This document shows positions 34,408 through 40,678 of a stretch of 40,678 nt of DNA, in pieces. The notes beneath the pieces are model-generated. The model made no database searches and had not been told where the DNA came from. It saw only the letters and a list, made by a program, of their open reading frames with translations. Position numbers and translations under genes: made by a program. Each line of letters begins with the position of its first letter. The stretch's first letter is position 1. Origin of the DNA: a virus (Duplodnaviria > Caudoviricetes); the IMG/VR virus record IMGVR_UViG_3300029290_000002, positions 1 to 40,678 of that record. One strand, given 5' to 3'.

Positions 34408-34436
34408 AGTATACGGCGGGTGGGAGGAGGGTGCAA
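34408..34436 (-). promoter_or_regulatory. Sigma70 promoter of the c4-antirepressor transcript
   Basis: TTGCAC(34436-34431)-17 bp-TATACT(34413-34408). Confidence 0.85.
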
Positions 34437-34585
34437 TGCTCCGTGACACTGGTCCCCAAATGCGGTTGTCTGCGCCCATGTCGCCCCATGCATCGCCGAA
34501 ATTCCGCGACCGGATAGAGAAAACGGCTCAACGGCGTTGGAGCTTGCCCGGGCTATGTTCAACAACGTAGACGCCGGGGTGCCAG

Positions 34586-34810
34586 ATGAACCGCGAGCAG
34601 ACGATATGGATTCCGCGGCAGCTCTCCGCCATATGCGTTGTGGCTGCCGCCATGCTCACTTCTTCGTGCATGGAGCCCTCGTATCAGGAGCGGTCCGACC
34701 AATGCAGAAAGTTCTGCCTTGATAGGGGGATGTTTGGTGCCCTGAAGCAAAGACCGGGGCCAATGTCATCGAAGCCGAGTGCGGTTCAATACGACTGTTT
34801 CTGCTATTAA
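34586..34810 (+). CDS. Putative small Cys-rich lipoprotein
   Basis: 74 aa; hydrophobic stretch ending 'MLTSSC'; four further Cys. Confidence 0.55.
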   Translation: MNREQTIWIPRQLSAICVVAAAMLTSSCMEPSYQERSDQCRKFCLDRGMFGALKQRPGPMSSKPSAVQYDCFCY

Positions 34811-34822
34811 CGGAGGCGCCAG

Positions 34823-35104
34823 ATGACTCCCAAGAAGGAACACTACGTGGCGATGGCCGCTTTGCTTCTGGCAATGGGGGCGTGTGGTCTTCTCGGCTAC
34901 CTTACGCGATCTCGATTTTTCATACTGCCGGCTCTCGTTGCCGCGCTAGTTTATTCCCTTTGGAACCTCGCATTCTCATGCCGGAAATGCGGTACTCCGT
35001 ATCTCTACGTGTTCAAAGGGATGGCGATCTTTCCAGCGCGCTTTCCCAAGCAATGCAGGAAATGCGGGTGGCCGACTAATCAAAGGTATGGCGATAAGGA
35101 TTAG
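34823..35104 (+). CDS. Two-TM protein with C-terminal zinc ribbon
   Basis: 93 aa; GGAGG SD; two helices, then CRKCG...CRKCG. Confidence 0.8.
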   Translation: MTPKKEHYVAMAALLLAMGACGLLGYLTRSRFFILPALVAALVYSLWNLAFSCRKCGTPYLYVFKGMAIFPARFPKQCRKCGWPTNQRYGDKD

Positions 35105-35132
35105 CTCACTGGCTTGATGTGGATGTCCCTCT

Positions 35133-35642
35133 ATGAGACAGCTCTCGATGGTGCTTCTTGTTGCATTGGCGTCTGCAGTCGCCTTGGCCGCCGGCCCGTC
35201 AGGGACGACGGCGGAAGCTCTCCTTGCGCGCATCGAAAATGATGGGGCGCGCGTAGTGCTCGATGATCTTTGGGAGCACGAGGCCGACTTTGAGCGTGTG
35301 CTGGCCGGTGTCGAGTCTGGCGACGCCACTTGGCTAATGGTGGCATCAGCACTTCGGAAATATTCGGATGCTGGGGGCTCGTTGTCGCTCGACTACGCGG
35401 TGGCCCGTGCGCTCCCGGGTTCCCCCGAGCGGGTCTTAGGTTTGGTCGGGCACGGATTCGCTTTGCAGCGCATCTGCACGTCGCCCTTCATCGAACCGGC
35501 GCCGGGCGTTGCTGAAGCCTACAAGCAAAGGACATTGATGGCGCTTTCTGGAATCAACTCATCAACACTCGCGCCACTCGCTCGGGAATGCTCTGCGCGG
35601 ATTGCGGCTGAGACTGGAGGCTCGGACCCCATATCTGATTGA
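35133..35642 (+). CDS. Exported helical protein (signal peptide, Cys pair)
   Basis: 169 aa; signal 'MRQLSMVLLVALASAVALA'; 'SGDATWL', 'DAG', 'ICTSPFIE'. Confidence 0.8.
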   Translation: MRQLSMVLLVALASAVALAAGPSGTTAEALLARIENDGARVVLDDLWEHEADFERVLAGVESGDATWLMVASALRKYSDAGGSLSLDYAVARALPGSPERVLGLVGHGFALQRICTSPFIEPAPGVAEAYKQRTLMALSGINSSTLAPLARECSARIAAETGGSDPISD

Positions 35643-35704
35643 TGCTGATCGACAGACGCTGTCGGTATACCGCAGAGAGGTGCGTGTGCAGCGCCTCGAT
35701 GCGC

Positions 35705-36016
35705 TTACAGAATCCGGCCTGCTTTCTTGAGTTCAACGACATTGGTCAACAACTGGGCCAAACACTCGCCCATGCTGTCGCCGTCAAACCGAACCACGCC
35801 AGCCCGAATGTGAGAGGCACTGAAGACGGTCGTGTACCTCTTCGACGTGCGCTCGCCATCGAACTTCAGGATCAAATACGCCTTGTTCGCTGCTGCGGCT
35901 TCTTCGAGTGCGCGGATTGCTCGATCAAGCGCGGGGCCCGGCTCATCGTTCAGGCCGTACAGGGAAGCGAGTTCGTCGATCACGGATTCATTCATTTTTG
36001 TGAGGTGGGCGGACAA
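35705..36016 (-). CDS. Hypothetical protein (about 100 aa)
   Basis: Protein-like ORF with 'LKFDGER....YT' motif, convergent on the previous gene; start uncertain. Confidence 0.65.
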   Translation of the reverse strand: MSAHLTKMNESVIDELASLYGLNDEPGPALDRAIRALEEAAAANKAYLILKFDGERTSKRYTTVFSASHIRAGVVRFDGDSMGECLAQLLTNVVELKKAGRIL

Positions 36017-36121
36017 AACGCGTTGGCGTACCGGTGGAGCGGCCGGCAGGGCTTAAAGCCCCATGTTAAGTCCGCTCAGAGAGAACAAACGTGCGCAGCA
36101 TCCAGCCTGCGCACGCTTGAA

Positions 36122-36253
36122 ACGGCCGGCATCTACACCCGGCCGTAAAGACGGGCGACCGCGATGGTGCGGCAACACCATCACGGCCGCCGGACCCACT
36201 GTTGGAGCAGTGAGCCAAGCCAAGGCCCGCCTACCTTCCTAGGAGGCGCGGCG
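36122..36253. other. Multi-hairpin structured region upstream of the methyltransferase
   Basis: Four consecutive inverted repeats: 36122-36146, 36154-36191, about 36198-36213, about 36224-36253. Confidence 0.55.
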
Positions 36254-36287
36254 ATTCTAGCAAAGCACTTAGGCTCAATTGATACCA

Positions 36288-37073
36288 ATGGCAACACCGA
36301 TCATTCCGTGGATCGGCGGCAAGCGCCGCCTCGCGGATCTCCTGCTTTCCCGCTTTCCCGCCCACAAGTGCTACGTCGAGGTTTTTGCCGGCGGCGCCGC
36401 GCTGTATTTCCTGCGGCCCGCTGCCAACGTTGAAGTCATCAACGACATCAACGGCGATCTGGTGAACCTGTACCGCGTCGTGCAGCATCACCTCGAAGAG
36501 TTCGTGCGGCACTTCAAGTGGCTGCTGACCAGCCGGGAGATGTTCAAGATCCTGCAGGGCACACCGCCGCACACGCTCACGGACATCCAGCGCGCTGCGC
36601 GGTTCTACTACCTGCAGCACACGTGCTTTGGCGCCAAGCTGGAAGGGCAGACGTTCGGCACCGCGACCACGGCGCCAGCGCCAAACCTGCTGCGCATCGA
36701 GGAGTCATTGAGCGCCGCGCACCTGCGCCTGGCGGGCACGTACATCGAGAACCTGAACTGGGCCGACTGCATCGAGCGCTACGACCGGCCGCACACACTG
36801 TTCTACCTCGACCCGCCGTATTGGGAGACCGAGGGGTACGGTGTCGATTTTCCGTTCAGCGAGTACGAGCGCATGGCGCAGCTCATGCGCGGCATGAAGG
36901 GCAAAGCCATCGTCAGCCTGAATGACCATCCGGATATCCGCCGGTGCTTTGCGGGGTTCGAGATGGAGGCGGTGGATATCAATTACACCGTGGGCGGGGG
37001 GCAGGGGGTGTCGCGGCGGGAGGTGATTATTTACAGCTGGGATCGGGCGGCGGAGCCGGTGGGACTCTTCTAG
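36288..37073 (+). CDS. Orphan DNA adenine methyltransferase, Dam/D12 family
   Basis: 'PWIGGKRRL', motif I 'YVEVFAGGAA', 'INDIN', catalytic 'LDPPY'; no adjacent nuclease. Confidence 0.95.
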   Translation: MATPIIPWIGGKRRLADLLLSRFPAHKCYVEVFAGGAALYFLRPAANVEVINDINGDLVNLYRVVQHHLEEFVRHFKWLLTSREMFKILQGTPPHTLTDIQRAARFYYLQHTCFGAKLEGQTFGTATTAPAPNLLRIEESLSAAHLRLAGTYIENLNWADCIERYDRPHTLFYLDPPYWETEGYGVDFPFSEYERMAQLMRGMKGKAIVSLNDHPDIRRCFAGFEMEAVDINYTVGGGQGVSRREVIIYSWDRAAEPVGLF

Positions 37074-37289
37074 CTGCTGGCGGGCGGCGTCGCAATACAA
37101 GCGCGGACTTGAATCGACGCTGCCTGCCGGAGGCCTCGACCGCCCCGAGTCCGCGGGTGGACGTTGCTACGGATAAAAGCCGCCCTTGCACACGCGGGCG
37201 CTGACTCATCCACCACTTGGGTGGTGTCAGAAAATGGGGCAACCCAGAAGTATCGGAGTGCTGGGATGCATGGAGAATTGTATAGGTTG

Positions 37290-37970
37290 CTACGGCCGTA
37301 GGGCTCCAAACTTCTTTCGCATCGCTATAGCTGGGCCGTACCCTTGATTTGCTGAATCATTGGCCAACGAGAGTGCCTGATCGATCCATTCCGGCCGATC
37401 TGCTCTGACGTTCTTATCTATGTAAGACAGGGCCACAGAGTCAATCGGAAATTTATCAAATATCGAATCGATAATCAGTTTCGCAAGAAAATACTCTGAT
37501 TCCATATCGCCGCCCTTTGCCAGAGTCCGTAGTTCCTGTATCGCGAATGGATATGCTTGCGCCACGGCAAGGCAATTCTGCGGGCGCTGGAAGCCAGCCG
37601 CCTGCGGGCCAAAACAGTCTTTTTGTTTTCCAATCAGATTGGATAAAGCTAGGCCCTTCCGCTTATCGAGCAGGGCATCGCTTACCAATTGTTTTGAAGC
37701 ATCTACGTCGGGCGTAGCAGCGGTGCTCTGCTGGTCAAGCACTTCGCCACAATGTGAAACTGCGCGGGTAACGTCGTCATGTGCAGTGGGAAGGGCCGAG
37801 CATGGGGAAGAAGACCTAGTGCCCCGATACGTCTGAATTTTACTCGCAACAGCTGTCTGCGTTGGCGCAGCTCCTGGTTCGTCTTCTCCAATTTCAACGT
37901 ATATGTATATTGAAAATGAAAGAAACGATAGTAAAATCAGCATCGAAAGCGTGAACTCAAGTCTTCGCAT
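37290..37970 (-). CDS. Membrane-anchored protein with Sel1-like helices
   Basis: 226 aa; N-terminal TM; 'LAKGGDMESEYFLAKL' and 'SANQGYGPA' resemble Sel1 repeats; four Cys. Confidence 0.7.
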   Translation of the reverse strand: MRRLEFTLSMLILLSFLSFSIYIYVEIGEDEPGAAPTQTAVASKIQTYRGTRSSSPCSALPTAHDDVTRAVSHCGEVLDQQSTAATPDVDASKQLVSDALLDKRKGLALSNLIGKQKDCFGPQAAGFQRPQNCLAVAQAYPFAIQELRTLAKGGDMESEYFLAKLIIDSIFDKFPIDSVALSYIDKNVRADRPEWIDQALSLANDSANQGYGPAIAMRKKFGALRP

Positions 37971-38045
37971 GATGTAGGAAAAAGGAGGGAGTCGACCTGG
38001 AGCGGTGCTCCCTCAAAACGGGTGGTGCTCTTCGAATAAAGAATA

Positions 38046-39362
38046 TTAGTGATAGTTTGCCGTATTTATATTTTTTGCGTTTATTGTATAGGTGCCGACT
38101 ACCGTCGCGTCTCCTCGGGGGTTGACGAGGAGCTTTTCCACGGTAACGTTTCCATTAGCGTCCTGTTGCAACGGTTTGAGATAGATTCGCGTTCGGAAGG
38201 GTTCTGATGTCGAGTTTGGTGGTGTTGTCGGGCAGGTGATTGATACACTTTGCGTCACCCCATCAGAAACTGCATCGCACTTCGAAATGAGTCCGTTATA
38301 TATTGAGTCAAACATTAAAGCGTAATTGGCTGGTGCGGTTGCCAGATTTTTGTAACCTGGATAGGGATCAATTGCCAGCGAATGAATCTGATTTGCGGTA
38401 GACGTGCTCAATGCAGGAAATGCGACGCTGTCGTATAGTGCGAGTTTCGCCTTGGCGTTGTTGTAGTCGGTAAGGTATGCTTGCTCAGAGCTAAGACTTT
38501 GCTGGGCGTCATTGTAATAATTCACACTATCCGTTTGATAGTAGAGGCCCATGTAATAGTTGTAATTATTGGAGTATTTAACGTAATTGTTTGCATCAAC
38601 GTTTAATTTTGTAATTAGCAGTCGTCGCGAGGCGGTCGTCGCATTGTAGTGGGGGGCAATTCCGATCTGAGTGGCGTACGCCCAAATTGGAGTCATGAAC
38701 ACGCCAAAAGTTTGCGCTGCCGCGTACGCAGTCCATGATGCCGCGTTCGTGGTGAATCCCTTCTTGTTAATTAAATAGGTTTTTAGATACTCCTGCATCG
38801 TGTATCTTGCTGCATCCGTGACAAGTGTGAGCGCGGCATTGGTCGCGGCAATTACCAACTTCCCGTCCGATGTGATGTAATATGGGACGGTTGTTCCGAT
38901 GTACGTTCCTAGTGCAACTTTCGCGACTGTTAATGCTGATGCTAATGTATCTCTCTGCGCTCCACCAAAATCTGGCGTATATGTAGTGGTGCCAAGATTT
39001 CTGGCAATGGAATCTGTTGCGGCATTAAAAAGGGTGCTGGTACTTGCCGAGACAGCGCCGGCGAATGCATCAGCAAAGGCTGCCTCTCTTTCTTCGTCGA
39101 GCTCCAATGCGGTTGCTGCTTGCGCTAATACTTCAGACGGATTGGTTGGCGGAAGAATGGAGTCACTGTGCCATGTGACAAATGCAGGGTCCTGCGCAAT
39201 GGCATTCCCTACTTGCAGCGGATCCATTATGCTATTCATCAAGATTGTTACGTGCTCATTGGTCTGCGCTTTTACGGAAAGAGGGGCGGCAGCAAGTAGC
39301 GTAATGATTGCAATTTCCTTCAACGCTACCATGTTTCGTGATTTTTGATTTTTCATGATCAT
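38046..39362 (-). CDS. Large secreted hypothetical protein (about 438 aa), AT-rich
   Basis: Start re-placed near ATG 39362/39356; signal-peptide-like 'IAIITLLAAAPLSVKA'; Thr/Ala/Asn/Tyr-rich. Confidence 0.8.
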   Translation of the reverse strand: MIMKNQKSRNMVALKEIAIITLLAAAPLSVKAQTNEHVTILMNSIMDPLQVGNAIAQDPAFVTWHSDSILPPTNPSEVLAQAATALELDEEREAAFADAFAGAVSASTSTLFNAATDSIARNLGTTTYTPDFGGAQRDTLASALTVAKVALGTYIGTTVPYYITSDGKLVIAATNAALTLVTDAARYTMQEYLKTYLINKKGFTTNAASWTAYAAAQTFGVFMTPIWAYATQIGIAPHYNATTASRRLLITKLNVDANNYVKYSNNYNYYMGLYYQTDSVNYYNDAQQSLSSEQAYLTDYNNAKAKLALYDSVAFPALSTSTANQIHSLAIDPYPGYKNLATAPANYALMFDSIYNGLISKCDAVSDGVTQSVSITCPTTPPNSTSEPFRTRIYLKPLQQDANGNVTVEKLLVNPRGDATVVGTYTINAKNINTANYH

Positions 39363-39459
39363 GGGTTTGGTAGGTGGCGTGGCATCGATATGACTGCATG
39401 GGATTAATATTGAAATGCAGAACAAATTGATACCCCGTAAACAATCGACAGCGTTCTGA

Positions 39460-40035
39460 TTACTTGTTAGTAAAAAATACTTTGGAAATTTCCGCCACTC
39501 GTTTCCCGAGCAGCATTGCGGTTTCAAGGTCGCCTGCGCGCGGAGCTTCGTCCGGTGACGCATCAGACGGCGAGACGGCTAGTGCCCCACCAAATCCGCC
39601 GGTCCAATTAACGTCATTGGGTCCGCTTGATTTCTTGTTTGAGGGCATGAGCCCCGTGCCGACCCAAATTTGGCCGTGTTGTTGCGAAAGGGTCCAGAAG
39701 TACTCGATAGTCGAGAACTTATCGCCGTTAAGCGAGCCTGAGTTTGTGAAGCCGGCAGCGATCTTGTCCTTCCATGCTTGTGCGAACCATGGCTTCGACG
39801 ACGCATCTGCGAATTTCTTGAACTGCCAGGCGGGGCCGCCCATATAAGTCGGGCTGCCGTAGATAATGGCATCAGCGCTGGAGATTTCTTCCCACGCGCC
39901 GGGGGCAAGCTCGCCGTGTTGATCGATCGGGAACAGATTGGCCTCACCAATTGTGGCGGCGCCTTCCAGCACAGCGCTGGCCTGTCTTGCCGTATGGCCG
40001 TAGCCACTAAAGAAGACGATAGCAATCTTGGTCAT
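39460..40035 (-). CDS. Flavodoxin-family NAD(P)H:FMN-dependent oxidoreductase (WrbA-like)
   Basis: Start ATG 40035; 'FSGYGHT', 'GSPTYMG', 'WKDKIAAGFTNS.S.NGDK'. Confidence 0.93.
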   Translation of the reverse strand: MTKIAIVFFSGYGHTARQASAVLEGAATIGEANLFPIDQHGELAPGAWEEISSADAIIYGSPTYMGGPAWQFKKFADASSKPWFAQAWKDKIAAGFTNSGSLNGDKFSTIEYFWTLSQQHGQIWVGTGLMPSNKKSSGPNDVNWTGGFGGALAVSPSDASPDEAPRAGDLETAMLLGKRVAEISKVFFTNK

Positions 40036-40096
40036 GTTTTTAATCCTGTTCGGTGGTGTAAGCGGAGTCATCGTTGATGTAGTTTCGACTCGCAAA

Positions 40097-40678
40097 TTAC
40101 ATCTTCACGCCAATCTGGTTCATTAGCGTGCTGTTATCCCAGAAGAGGTATTCCTCGTCCATCTGACCTTGTTTGTTCCAGTGTCCGAGTGTTGCGACTG
40201 GGAGGTGGTAAGCCTTGCCGGTCGGTTGAATCAAATGTCCACCGCCCATGTCCATGGGCTTGGTGAAGGTGCCGTCGAGATACCCCATCACTGCGGTCCA
40301 CTGTCCGTCGGCCGTTCCAAACCTGATGTGGTGCTCCGTGATTCGATTGTCGGGGGCGAACGTCCACATGAACGTCAGTTCTTTGATGTGGTCCGGAATG
40401 CCTTTTGTCGTATGGCCGTCCGGATAATGGACGACAATATTTTCAGCGTGGCTCTTATGAAGTTCGAGCCATTTTTGGTTGGTGTAGACCCGGAAGTCGA
40501 GGTCGTCGAAATTGGCAAGATTGGCTGCCAGTGCAGCCGGCATTCCAGGAATCTTCGAAAGAGGTGAATTGACGGTGGTCGGCGGCCAGGCATCTGTCTG
40601 AGCGAATGCCGATGCCCCGCTCAACAGCAGCATTGCGACGATGCCGACACGAATTTGAAGGCTGGTTTTCCGTTGCAT
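40097..40678 (-). CDS. SnoaL-like (ester cyclase / NTF2-fold) exported protein
   Basis: Signal peptide; 'FDDLDF.VY', 'HYPDGH.TKG', 'GTFTKPM', 'PTGK', 'EEYLFWD'; start sits at the window edge. Confidence 0.88.
   Translation of the reverse strand: MQRKTSLQIRVGIVAMLLLSGASAFAQTDAWPPTTVNSPLSKIPGMPAALAANLANFDDLDFRVYTNQKWLELHKSHAENIVVHYPDGHTTKGIPDHIKELTFMWTFAPDNRITEHHIRFGTADGQWTAVMGYLDGTFTKPMDMGGGHLIQPTGKAYHLPVATLGHWNKQGQMDEEYLFWDNSTLMNQIGVKM

Larger units (their letters stand above)
1..37073. mobile_element. Temperate prophage (lambdoid regulation and head, P2-like contractile tail); extends left of the window, right boundary not located
   Basis: Contiguous, syntenic xis-immunity-replication-packaging-head-tail-lysis gene order with no obvious frameshifts in structural genes; no integrase or att site seen in the window. 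Confidence 0.95.

Noticed and set aside
34380-34460. LexA (SOS) box at the antirepressor promoter
   Set aside because: No CTGT-N8-ACAG match seen by eye; search was not exhaustive
34161-34565. N-terminal extension of the antirepressor ORF, including an Ash/Icd-like reading from ATG 34292
   Set aside because: Region is better explained by promoter, terminator and C4 RNA; the SD-supported start is 34160, though a minor longer product is not excluded
34581-34826. GCCAGATGA repeated at the starts of two adjacent accessory genes
   Set aside because: Only 9 bp including the start codon; too short to support a recombination site
36288-37289. Restriction-modification system
   Set aside because: No endonuclease next to the methyltransferase; orphan Dam-like genes are common at prophage ends
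1-40678. CRISPR array, tRNA, rRNA, IS element, integrase, att core
   Set aside because: None recognisable: no regularly spaced repeats, cloverleaf, transposase or tyrosine/serine recombinase motifs in the window

Overview
Most of the window (1 to at least 37073) is an apparently intact temperate prophage in a high-GC host, probably a betaproteobacterium (Ralstonia/Burkholderia-like; inferred from gene content and composition). Left to right it carries: an excisionase (integrase and attL presumably lie left of the window), a leftward early operon, about 4 kb of accessory cargo between PL/oL and the repressor, a cI/cro/cII switch, replication genes, a Q-like regulator, a lambda-type packaging/head module (Nu1/GpA terminase, gpW, portal, ClpP-type protease, decoration protein, gpE capsid), a P2-type contractile tail (V, W, J, I, fibre, XkdW chaperone, FI, FII, E/E', tape measure, U, X, D), and a lysis cassette (GH19 endolysin, holin, Rz/embedded Rz1). 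These are followed by accessory genes, a P1-type C4-antisense-controlled Bro-N antirepressor and an orphan Dam-family methyltransferase. The right end holds an AT-rich pair (secreted protein + Sel1-like membrane protein) and two probable host genes (flavodoxin/WrbA-like, SnoaL-like). The best candidate for an undescribed system is a translationally coupled STAS-GHKL ATPase / DUF4325-STAS / single-TM operon in the rexAB-equivalent position, a putative partner-switching anti-phage module. Other highlights: twin PL/PR promoter-operator cassettes, a repressor lacking the autocleavage domain, a likely +1 tail-chaperone frameshift, a single-gene cassette bounded by 28-bp palindromic direct repeats, and a structured leader before the methyltransferase. 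All family calls come from motif recognition by eye; no database searches were run.
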